DNA of 58,510 bases, from the NCBI GenBank assembly GCA_964388715.1, contig CAYMBN010000008.1:1-58510 (forward strand), given 5' to 3'. The stretch comes from an uncultured Methanosarcinales archaeon. GTDB taxonomy: Archaea; Nanobdellota; Nanobdellia; Woesearchaeales; CAYMBN01. Position 1 is the stretch's first letter. The number at the start of each line of letters is the position of its first letter. Below the pieces are notes generated by a model. The model ran no database searches. It was not told where the DNA came from and was given only the letters and a program-made list of their open reading frames with translations. The position numbers and the translations under genes were made by a program. Positions 9,587 through 18,250 of the stretch are shown here, piece after piece.

Positions 9587-10726
9587 TTATCTCCCTAAAT
9601 CAAGCACTAGCTCTGGTTTTAATGCTTTTAAATACATTTTATGTGGACTATAACTAACCAAACGTGATGGATTCAATCTCCTTAAAGGTTCAAGAAAACA
9701 TTCCAATAACAAATTTTTTGCCTGATTAGGATGTTCATATCTTTGAGAAAGTTTATTTTGAAGATCAACAGCTAAAACTTTAACATTAAAATCACTCATA
9801 CTTATATAACTTGAAGCTTGACATTCTTCTCCAAGATAGACTAATAATTCCATACATTCTAACAAGTCAGATTCTTCTGTTATTTCCTTTGATGCCAGAT
9901 AGGAAAATCTTTCTCTTGCTAATTTTATTTGCATTTTTGAATCTTCAACAAGTTTTTTAATTATTGCATTTGATTTAGATACTTTACTCAATATTGATGA
10001 ATCACTATCTAAATCATCTCCTAATTTATTTAAGGAATACCTCTCTTTTAAAGGTAATAAGGATTCTTCACCAAATAAATGTTGTTGCATAAAAAGTGTA
10101 AATGATTCATTTAAAACCTTAAGATAAAAAATTTGTGAAGAACTAAATTTACTTGGATTTGTTATAAAAATATCTGAATAAGTATTAGATTCATTTTTTT
10201 TAATTAAAAGATTAAATAACACATGTATTCCTTCATGATAAATACCTTCTTCAATTTTAAAAGGAGATTCTCTATCAAGAATAATCCAATGTTTATCATT
10301 AAAATAAAAATATTCTGTACAAGCTTCAAGTTCACAAAATTCTACTTGTTCTGGTTTTAGCATACTAAAGTCAGAATCTTTAAATCCTAATAAATTGTAA
10401 GCCATTCTAATAAAATTTGTTAAAATTTGAAAATAATCAGTAAATCTTATTGAGTTTCTAGGTAATAAATTTTTATAATATTTAAACATCCAATTTTCAC
10501 CATATATATCATGAAAAAAAGTATAGACCTCTCTAAATAATTTATCTTCTTTAGCTAATTTATAAAAAAGTGCTCTAGTTTCATCTGGAACAAAATAAGT
10601 TTTCATAAAATTTTCTAATGCCTTAGGATAATCCATTAAATCTTCACTAATAAATCTATCTTCTCGACGCTTATTTTCTTCAATAATTTCAATAATCCGT
10701 TCAACACTAAGAACTTCATCACTCAT
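9587..10726 (-). CDS. Hypothetical protein with HExxH (possible zinc metallopeptidase)
   Basis: 379-aa ORF overlapping the ispD stop; YHEGIH plus downstream VLNESFT. Confidence 0.6.
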   Translation of the reverse strand: MSDEVLSVERIIEIIEENKRREDRFISEDLMDYPKALENFMKTYFVPDETRALFYKLAKEDKLFREVYTFFHDIYGENWMFKYYKNLLPRNSIRFTDYFQILTNFIRMAYNLLGFKDSDFSMLKPEQVEFCELEACTEYFYFNDKHWIILDRESPFKIEEGIYHEGIHVLFNLLIKKNESNTYSDIFITNPSKFSSSQIFYLKVLNESFTLFMQQHLFGEESLLPLKERYSLNKLGDDLDSDSSILSKVSKSNAIIKKLVEDSKMQIKLARERFSYLASKEITEESDLLECMELLVYLGEECQASSYISMSDFNVKVLAVDLQNKLSQRYEHPNQAKNLLLECFLEPLRRLNPSRLVSYSPHKMYLKALKPELVLDLGR

Positions 10727-11387
10727 CTTTCTGCCTAAACAACTCTCTCACAATCGCCAAATCACTCTTCACAGTAACCTTCATGTTAATATAATCACCT
10801 GGTACAACCTTGACTTTGTGACCATTCATTGCAACAATCTCACTATCATCAGTTGCAACAAAATACTTATCATTAATAGCCTTCTCAAAACAACTCAAAA
10901 GAATCTCTCGTTTAAACCCTTGCGGTGTCTGTGCAATCCAAGTTGTTTTCCTTGCCAAAGATCTTTGTATCATCATATCATCCTCAGCATATTTTATAGT
11001 TGCAACAGGTGGCACAGCAGTCATTGCAGCACCATTCTCTTCAACAGCTTTAATCAAATCCTGGATCAACCAAACAGGAGTCAGTGGCCTAGCACCATCA
11101 TGTGTAATAACAACATCACCACTACAACTCTTAACTCCATTCAAAACAGACTCAATCCTGTTACCACCACCTTCAACAACCTTAACCTTCAACCCATTCT
11201 CAGAAAACAATTTTTCATAAAACTCAATATCCTTCCTCTGCGTTGCAACAACAATCTCATCAACATTTGCTTTAGAAAACTGTTCCAACGTCCTTACAAT
11301 AAGCATCTTCCCACCAATATCAGAAAGTAACTTATTCTCACCAAACCTTGTTGAACAACCAGCTGCAGTTATAACCACTGATATCAT
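10719..11387 (-). CDS. ispD: 2-C-methyl-D-erythritol 4-phosphate cytidylyltransferase
   Basis: AAGCSTRFG-NK, GGNRIESV, HDGARP, AQTPQGF, TDDSE, NMKVT motifs. Confidence 0.94.
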   Translation of the reverse strand: MISVVITAAGCSTRFGENKLLSDIGGKMLIVRTLEQFSKANVDEIVVATQRKDIEFYEKLFSENGLKVKVVEGGGNRIESVLNGVKSCSGDVVITHDGARPLTPVWLIQDLIKAVEENGAAMTAVPPVATIKYAEDDMMIQRSLARKTTWIAQTPQGFKREILLSCFEKAINDKYFVATDDSEIVAMNGHKVKVVPGDYINMKVTVKSDLAIVRELFRQKDE

Positions 11388-12505
11388 AACAATCCCTCCG
11401 CTGTTTTCCTAGCCTTTTTCTCAGCTTCAATTATATCATTCACATTAGGATTTTCAATATTTTCACTCATCTCAATTGTTTTCCCAATTATCTTTCCAAT
11501 ATCCATAAAACCAATCTTACCTTCAATAAAAGCCCTAACAGCAACATGATCAGCACCATGCACAACAGCAGGCATCACTCCACCATGTTCTAAAGCAATA
11601 TGCCCTAAACTTAAACATGGAAACTTATCAAAAGGTGGTTTCTCAAACCTTAAAGTCCTATCATACAAACTTACAAAATCAGAAACAGTAGCTTTAACCC
11701 TTTCAGGATAAAACAATGCATACTGTGTGTAACGTTTCATATCAGGTGTACCTAATTCAGTAATAATACTCCCATCCTGAAACTCAACAAGTGAATGACA
11801 AATATAATCAGGATGCACAACAACCTTTATCTGTTCAGACTTAACACCAAACAAATGTTTTGCTTCAATAACCTCAAACACTTTATTCATACATGTTGCA
11901 CTATCAACACTAATCTTAGTCCCCATATTCCAAGCAGGCCTATCAAGAATATCTTTCATTGTAACCTTCTTCAACTCATCACTACTCATCTCAGCAATCT
12001 TACCTTTTCCCATTGTCAAATACAAATTTCTAATCTCATGTTTTTTACCAGACTTTAATGATTGAAACAATGCAGAATGTTCAGAATCAATTGGAATAAT
12101 ATCAACACCTTTTTCCCGAGCCTTTTGCATAACAATCTCTCCAGCTAAAACTAATGTTTCTTTATTTGCTAAACCAACTGTAATCCCCTTATCAATCGCA
12201 TCTAAAGTCGGCAACAATCCAGACGCTCCAACAACAGAATTAATCAACAAATCACCACTAACAACTTTTCGCAAACCATCAACACCTTTATACACAGTAA
12301 CATCACAATCTAAACTACCAGCTTTTTCTTCATCAACAACACAAACAGCTTCTGGCTTAAACTCATCAATCTGTTGTTTTAACTTTTCAATATTAGTATT
12401 AGCTGATAACCCTACAACCTTAAACTTATCAGGATGCGCTCTAATAATATCTAATGTCTGCGTTCCAATTGATCCTGTTGACCCTAAAATACAAACTTTC
12501 CTCAA
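11384..12505 (-). CDS. dxr: 1-deoxy-D-xylulose 5-phosphate reductoisomerase
   Basis: ILGSTGSIGTQTL, LANKE, PIDSEHSALFQ, WNMGTKISVDSAT, PDM motifs. Confidence 0.96.
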   Translation of the reverse strand: MRKVCILGSTGSIGTQTLDIIRAHPDKFKVVGLSANTNIEKLKQQIDEFKPEAVCVVDEEKAGSLDCDVTVYKGVDGLRKVVSGDLLINSVVGASGLLPTLDAIDKGITVGLANKETLVLAGEIVMQKAREKGVDIIPIDSEHSALFQSLKSGKKHEIRNLYLTMGKGKIAEMSSDELKKVTMKDILDRPAWNMGTKISVDSATCMNKVFEVIEAKHLFGVKSEQIKVVVHPDYICHSLVEFQDGSIITELGTPDMKRYTQYALFYPERVKATVSDFVSLYDRTLRFEKPPFDKFPCLSLGHIALEHGGVMPAVVHGADHVAVRAFIEGKIGFMDIGKIIGKTIEMSENIENPNVNDIIEAEKKARKTAEGLL

Positions 12506-13551
12506 AATCTTCGAACCTCCTTAATCAAATCATCAACAATCTTATACTTTCTAGCTCTTGCAATTGTTTTCTCAACCTTTTTAATGATTCTACCTTTCTT
12601 ATACATTAAAATAAACTTATCACTTCCAACCAAAGCCAGGTCAGCTTTCTTTGCTTCACCAGGACCATTCACAATACAACCCATCACAGCAATCTTCAAC
12701 GGTTTCCTAATATTCAATGACTCAAGTTTTTTAGAAATTCCAACAACATCAATCCCATGCCTTGCACAAGTTGGACACGAAATAATCATTACACCATTCT
12801 TTCTTAACCCTAATGACTTAAGAATTTCATACCCAGCCTTAACTTCATCAACAGGATCAGAACTTAACGAAACACGAACAGTATTCCCAATCCCTTTACT
12901 CAAAAGAATCCCAAACGCAGCAGCAGTCTTTATATTCCCTGTAAAACAACCACCAGCTTCAGTCACACCAAGATGAACAGGATAATTAAACTTTTTTACA
13001 AACAACTCATTTGCTTTCACAGTATTTTTCACATCACTTGCTTTCAAAGAAACAATTATATCATAAAATCCATGCTTTTCCAAAATCTTAATATGTCTTT
13101 CTGCACTCTTAACCATTGCTTTAGGAGTCAAACCATACTTACGAACAAAACTCTTTTCCAAAGATCCAAGATTAATCCCTATTCTAATTGGTATACCACA
13201 ATCTTTAGCAGCTTTAACAACAGCTTTAATCTTATCTTCATTCCCAATATTCCCAGGATTAATCCGCAACTTATCAACATAAGGAGCAGCCATCACAGCC
13301 AATTTATAATCAAAATGAATATCAGCAACAAGCGGAATCTTAATATTCTTCTTAATAACCTTCAAAGCTTCTGCACTCTTTACATCAGGCACACTAACTC
13401 TAACAATCTCACAACCAACCCTCTCAAGCTCATGAATCTGCCTAATAGTAGCTTTAATATCAGAAGTCTTAGTATTACACATACTCTGAACACTAATAGG
13501 ATTATTCCCACCTATCTTTACAGACCCTACACTAACTACTTTGGTTTTCAT
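12502..13551 (-). CDS. ispG: HMBPP synthase (IspG/GcpE)
   Basis: VQSM, PLVADIHFD, RINPGNIG, HLGVTEAG, SCPTCAR, AVMGCIVNGPGEA. Confidence 0.96.
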   Translation of the reverse strand: MKTKVVSVGSVKIGGNNPISVQSMCNTKTSDIKATIRQIHELERVGCEIVRVSVPDVKSAEALKVIKKNIKIPLVADIHFDYKLAVMAAPYVDKLRINPGNIGNEDKIKAVVKAAKDCGIPIRIGINLGSLEKSFVRKYGLTPKAMVKSAERHIKILEKHGFYDIIVSLKASDVKNTVKANELFVKKFNYPVHLGVTEAGGCFTGNIKTAAAFGILLSKGIGNTVRVSLSSDPVDEVKAGYEILKSLGLRKNGVMIISCPTCARHGIDVVGISKKLESLNIRKPLKIAVMGCIVNGPGEAKKADLALVGSDKFILMYKKGRIIKKVEKTIARARKYKIVDDLIKEVRRF

Positions 13552-13610
13552 ATTCCCCCCTTTAAAAATAGAAAGTGGAAGGGTTTTTATAAATTTTATT
13601 GTAAAAAGTG

Positions 13611-13788
13611 GTGTGTATAGTGCCTTTGCCCTATTTTTGTAAAAAACAAATATTCGTATCGTAAGACAATAATGTCGAAAACCTTAACCTAAAAAGCAGA
13701 TTTTCGTGTTTTGTCAAAAACCAAAGGTTTTTGAGCATGCTCAGAAATCTTTGATTTCTGACATTTACAGGCATGGCACTATACACAC
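13611..13788. mobile_element. MITE-like element, copy 1 (14-bp terminal inverted repeats, nested 52-bp palindrome)
   Basis: GTGTGTATAGTGCC...GGCACTATACACAC; body aligns with 40426-40546. Confidence 0.7.
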
Positions 13789-13914
13789 ACTAAAAAGCAC
13801 AATATTTATAAACCAAACCTAATTTTCAACACATATCAAGAGATAAGCTGGTGTAAAACTCGCTTATACTGGAGATGAATGTTCTATCATTTTTCTCCAA
13901 GGAGGATAAATAAA

Positions 13915-14370
13915 ATGGCACGTATGTATTCAAGAAAGAAAGGTAAAGCTAGTTCAACAAAACCAAGTAAAAAGTTAGTTCCAAGTTGGATCAGATATAA
14001 ACCAAAAGAAGTTGAACTGTTAATTCTAAAACTTGCAAAAGAAGAAAAAACAGCTTCAGAAATAGGTATTGTACTTAGAGACACATATGGTATTCCAAAT
14101 GTAAAAACATTAACAAAAAAAAGTATAACCAAAATAATGATAGAAAAAAACCTTGCACCAAAAATACCAGAAGATCTTATGGCATTAATCAGAAAAGCAA
14201 TCATGATAAAAAAACATCTTGATGCAAACCATAAAGATATGCCTGCATTACGTGGATTACAATTAACAGAATCAAAGATCAAAAGACTTGTTAAATACTA
14301 CAAAAAAACAAACAAGTTAACATCTGCATGGAAATATGATCCTGAAAAAGTTAAATTACTTATAGAGTAA
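13915..14370 (+). CDS. rps15: 30S ribosomal protein uS15 (archaeal S15/S13e type)
   Basis: MARMYSRKKGKASS...IGIVLRDTYGIP...PEDL...GLQLTESKIKRLVKYYK; AGGAGG Shine-Dalgarno at 13900. Confidence 0.97.
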   Translation: MARMYSRKKGKASSTKPSKKLVPSWIRYKPKEVELLILKLAKEEKTASEIGIVLRDTYGIPNVKTLTKKSITKIMIEKNLAPKIPEDLMALIRKAIMIKKHLDANHKDMPALRGLQLTESKIKRLVKYYKKTNKLTSAWKYDPEKVKLLIE

Positions 14371-14371
14371 A

Positions 14372-15793
14372 ATGACTGTTCAGGAATTCAAATCAGCAAT
14401 CGAGAATTGTGCTACTAATTTCAAAGCTTTTGACAAATCAAAGCCAATAAGAGTAGTATCACATCTCGATGCAGATGGAATTTGTTCAGCAGCAATAATA
14501 ATAAAAGTTCTTAACCAAAACAACTTTAAATATTCTTTATCAATTGTACAACAACTTAGAAAAGACATTCTGCAAGAACTAAAAAGAGAAGAATATACTC
14601 AATACATTTTTACTGACCTAGGAAGTTCACAAATTACAAACATAAAAGAAATACTCAAAGACAAAAAAGTAATTATATTAGACCATCACGAAGTTGAAAC
14701 AGTTGAAAAGTTTGAAAACATAACTCACATTAATCCACACTTGCATGGTATTGACGGTTCAAAAACAATAAGTGGTTCAGGAGTTGTGTATTTGTTTGCA
14801 AGATCAGTTGATGAAAAAAATAAAAATCTTGCACATTTAGCAGTTATCGGTGCAATTGGTGATGTACAAGAAGAAAGTGGAGTTTTCAGTGATTTAAACC
14901 AAGAAATTCTAAACAATGCAATTGAAGCAGACAAAATAGAAATTAAAAAAGGCTTAAGATTCTTTGGCACACAAACTCGTCCTATCCACAAAGTTCTTGA
15001 ATATAGCACAGACCCTTTTATTCCAGGCATAAGCGGTTCTGAATCAAAATCAATACAATTCCTAAGCGAGATAGGTATAAATCCAAAAACAGAAAAAGGA
15101 TGGAAAAAATTAATTGACTTAACAGAAATCGAAACAAAAAAATTAGCAGAAGGAATTATCATGAAAAGGTTCAAGGAACTAAACCCAGACGATGTTTTTG
15201 GTAACATGTACTTGCTAAAAGATGAACAACAAGGTAAACCAACAAAAGATGCACGTGAATTCTCAACATTACTAAACGCATGTGGTCGTTTAAGCAAAGC
15301 TTCTTACGGAATCGGAACATGTTTAGGTGACGAAGAAATCAAATTAAAAGCAAACTCAGCATTACTTGAATACAAAAGAGAAATAGTAAACGCACTTAAC
15401 TGGTACAATAAAAACAAGGAAAGTGAATGGATAACAAAAGGAAACGGTTTCATAATAATCAATGCACAAGACAATATACTCTCCACAATAATCGGAACAC
15501 TTGCTTCAATACTTTCAAAATCAAAAGAAGTTGAAGACAACACATTAATCCTATCAATGGCACAGTTAATTGACAACACTACAAAAGTTTCTATGAGAAT
15601 TGCAGGTATGCAACCTCGTAAAGACATTAATTTAAGACAAATCATTGACAGAATAATAGAAATCACAGAATTTGGAGAATCAGGTGGCCATCAATTCGCA
15701 GCAGGTGCAATCATTCCAAGTGAGAAAGAAAAAGAATTCGTTGATATCGCAAAAAAAGTCCTCGAAAAAAGAGCAATGGAAGAAACAATTTAA
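14372..15793 (+). CDS. DHH-family phosphoesterase, archaeal RecJ-like
   Basis: SHLDADG, TDLG, LDHH, GAIGD, GGHQFAAGA; the position after rps15 is a common archaeal arrangement. Confidence 0.9.
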   Translation: MTVQEFKSAIENCATNFKAFDKSKPIRVVSHLDADGICSAAIIIKVLNQNNFKYSLSIVQQLRKDILQELKREEYTQYIFTDLGSSQITNIKEILKDKKVIILDHHEVETVEKFENITHINPHLHGIDGSKTISGSGVVYLFARSVDEKNKNLAHLAVIGAIGDVQEESGVFSDLNQEILNNAIEADKIEIKKGLRFFGTQTRPIHKVLEYSTDPFIPGISGSESKSIQFLSEIGINPKTEKGWKKLIDLTEIETKKLAEGIIMKRFKELNPDDVFGNMYLLKDEQQGKPTKDAREFSTLLNACGRLSKASYGIGTCLGDEEIKLKANSALLEYKREIVNALNWYNKNKESEWITKGNGFIIINAQDNILSTIIGTLASILSKSKEVEDNTLILSMAQLIDNTTKVSMRIAGMQPRKDINLRQIIDRIIEITEFGESGGHQFAAGAIIPSEKEKEFVDIAKKVLEKRAMEETI

Positions 15794-15794
15794 A

Positions 15795-16109
15795 ATGTAC
15801 GACAAAATCCCAATTTTGGAAACAAGAATATTTGAACAAGAACAGATAAAGCCTGAATATCAAGGACCAAGTACTGACATAGCAGTACTTGTTGACGCAG
15901 GAGAATCTGTTGGACACACTGACACAAGTCCACATAAATTAAAAATATTACTTACCATGTTAAAAGGGACAGCAATCCGTGTCTATAAAGGTGTTAACAG
16001 GTTTGAACTTGATGAAGCAACCTATGACATGGACATCCGCAACAAGGAAGAATACGTAAGAAAAGTTGATAAGATATTATTAAAAGAAGATGTTTTAAAA
16101 AAATTATAA
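15795..16109 (+). CDS. Hypothetical protein
   Basis: ATG at 15795, 1 nt after the RecJ-like stop; MYDKIPILE... Confidence 0.6.
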   Translation: MYDKIPILETRIFEQEQIKPEYQGPSTDIAVLVDAGESVGHTDTSPHKLKILLTMLKGTAIRVYKGVNRFELDEATYDMDIRNKEEYVRKVDKILLKEDVLKKL

Positions 16110-16376
16110 AATATTTCTAATCACATCAATATGATCAGCCATATCTCCGCCAGTCTTAGTCAAAGTTAGTAACTTCAATCTACCTTGTTTCTCAAACTTA
16201 ACTAATCCTGCTTTTTCCATCTCTTGCAGTATCTTTACGACGTGAGAATATGTACAATCAACTTGTTTTGCTAATGAGGATGCATACACTGCACCTTTTG
16301 AATTCTTCAAAGTAACTAACATCATAGCTGGTTTCTCTCTAAAAAAAACATTAAATATCTCCTTATTTTTCATCAT
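16104..16376 (-). CDS. Winged-HTH (MarR-like) regulator
   Basis: YASSLAKQVDCTYSHVVKILQEMEKAGLVKFEKQGRLKLLTLT; GGGGG SD-like site upstream. Confidence 0.85.
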   Translation of the reverse strand: MMKNKEIFNVFFREKPAMMLVTLKNSKGAVYASSLAKQVDCTYSHVVKILQEMEKAGLVKFEKQGRLKLLTLTKTGGDMADHIDVIRNIL

Positions 16377-16662
16377 AAAAATTCCCCCCATTTTAACCAA
16401 AAATATTGGTTATATACAATCACTCTTTTTTATTGAATGTCACTACCCAACCTTGATATATATAATAAATAATATATTTTCCTAAATATAAGAACAAACA
16501 GTTATTTATAAATCTTTTGCTTGAAGAAATACGATTATGTATACTAGTTTATGACTTGGGAGGATGGGTTTTTATAGTTTTTTGTTGAGAATCATTTTCC
16601 CACTCCCCACTAGACAGATGCGGGTAAGACTTATAAAGTTATATTTCTTATTACTAATAGAA

Positions 16663-17055
16663 ATGAAAGTATATGTTGACACATGTGTTTATGTAAACCT
16701 TTTTGGAGATGACGAGACAAAGAGTGCGTTAGCTTATCATTTTTTTTCAAAAGGTTGGAACTGCGATTTTGAACTTGTAATATCTGATTGGGTAAGATCA
16801 GAACTTAAGAGAAAAGGTTATGATAGTGAATATCCTCTACTTTTTCAACAGTTTAAGTCAAAAAATAAATTTCATTTTGTTGAACATACAAAAAAAGAAC
16901 TTAAGCTTGCCAAGTCAAAATCAAAGCATTGGCAGGATTACTTACATTATCTTATTGCAAAGAAAGCATGTTGTGATAAGATAATAACACTAGATAGAGA
17001 TTTTATTTCTTCTTTTTCACCCATCTTTGATATAACTTATCCTGAGAATATTTAG
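16663..17055 (+). CDS. PIN-domain (VapC-like) ribonuclease/toxin
   Basis: MKVYVDTCVY...ISDWVRSEL...DYLHYLIA...IITLDRDF, the acidic PIN pattern. Confidence 0.88.
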   Translation: MKVYVDTCVYVNLFGDDETKSALAYHFFSKGWNCDFELVISDWVRSELKRKGYDSEYPLLFQQFKSKNKFHFVEHTKKELKLAKSKSKHWQDYLHYLIAKKACCDKIITLDRDFISSFSPIFDITYPENI

Positions 17056-17917
17056 TATCCGTATGATTGTTTACTAGATTAAGGATTTCTAACTGTGCTT
17101 CTTTTTTTGCTTCTTCTATTTTTTTGGTAAGATAAATATTAATATTATCTTGATAATAAGATCTGAGTGATTTTTTGAATACAACAAGAGTAATATATCT
17201 CCAAAAAGTTTCAAAGATGGTTTTTGTTTTCTCCCAGTTTAATAATAAAGTAGCTCTTGCAAAATCTGTAGTTACATCAATAGTTTCTTTTGGAGCATAT
17301 TTGATTAAATCCATCAAAATTAAGTTAAGTTTTTCTTTATTTTCTTGTTTTAGATCATATAATCTTTCTTTTGCTTTGTAAAGCATATTATTTTCTTCAG
17401 AATAAACCTTTTTCTGAAGTTCAATATTATCTAATATGCAGTACTCTTCTGTCATTTTTTTTATGAAATTTAGATGTTTTGAGTTAAGATTTTTTATCTT
17501 ATGTTCTTGTCCGGTATAGGGGTGTGCACAGATTGGTCCAAACATATACCATCCAATTGGAAGACCAAGATTAAATTTTTTATTGACTTTCCAGATTATT
17601 TTATATGCCTGGGTCTTGGTTGGTTCTTTATTGAATTTTTTTGAACAGAACTGTTTAATGTGGTAATATATTGTTGATATTTTCTTCTTATCTTGATTTT
17701 TTGTAGGTAATTCAAAATAATTATTTTTATCTCTTAAATAAAATATTGTTTTATGGTTTTTCCTTTCATAAACTAAACCAAGATCCTTTAAAGTTTCTAG
17801 ATTTTCTTTTGCAGTTCTCCAATCAATATTTAGTTTATCTTTAATGGCACTAATAGAAAGAGGTTGATCTGATAATAATCTTTGAATTTTGATAAGGAGT
17901 TCTCTTTTCTCGGACAT
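17003..17917 (-). CDS. HTH + Panacea/SocA (DUF4065)-like protein, putative antitoxin or regulator
   Basis: N-terminal wHTH (LSISAIKDKLNIDWRTAKENLETLKDLGLV); KTQAYKIIW...GWYMFGP resembles the DUF4065 K..K..Y...W..GP pattern. Confidence 0.6.
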   Translation of the reverse strand: MSEKRELLIKIQRLLSDQPLSISAIKDKLNIDWRTAKENLETLKDLGLVYERKNHKTIFYLRDKNNYFELPTKNQDKKKISTIYYHIKQFCSKKFNKEPTKTQAYKIIWKVNKKFNLGLPIGWYMFGPICAHPYTGQEHKIKNLNSKHLNFIKKMTEEYCILDNIELQKKVYSEENNMLYKAKERLYDLKQENKEKLNLILMDLIKYAPKETIDVTTDFARATLLLNWEKTKTIFETFWRYITLVVFKKSLRSYYQDNINIYLTKKIEEAKKEAQLEILNLVNNHTDTKYSQDKLYQRWVKKKK

Positions 17918-18071
17918 AATTATACAATCACATAATTAATATATAAATGTTTTGCATAAACTTCAAAATACTATGGAGATATATGTATAAAAGAGAAAGA
18001 TTTATATATTAGAAAGTTTCTATAGTGTTTTGGGGTGTAATTTACCTTCAAAAATTAGGAGGTGTTTGTAA

Positions 18072-18248
18072 ATGAAACACAAAAAAGCACAAATAGAACA
18101 AATATTCATTTTACTAGGATTAATTTTCTCATTAATAGGTTTTTTTGCATTATACAATGGATTAAAAACAGGAGATTCTGATAGGCTTGTAATAGGCATG
18201 CTTGCAATAGGAATGGTTGCATTATTTGGAAAGTTAGTGAGTGGATAA
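18072..18248 (+). CDS. Small membrane protein with class III (prepilin-like) signal peptide
   Basis: Manual translation MKHKKAQIEQIFILLGLIFSLIGFFALYNGLKTGDSDRLVIGMLAIGMVALFGKLVSG (58 aa); GGAGGTG SD upstream; not in ORF track. Confidence 0.75.
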   Translation: MKHKKAQIEQIFILLGLIFSLIGFFALYNGLKTGDSDRLVIGMLAIGMVALFGKLVSG

Positions 18249-18250
18249 AA

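Noticed and set aside
10818..15666. Long opposite-strand ORFs over ispD, dxr, ispG, rps15 and the RecJ-like gene
   Set aside because: Shadow ORFs of well-supported genes, produced by codon bias.
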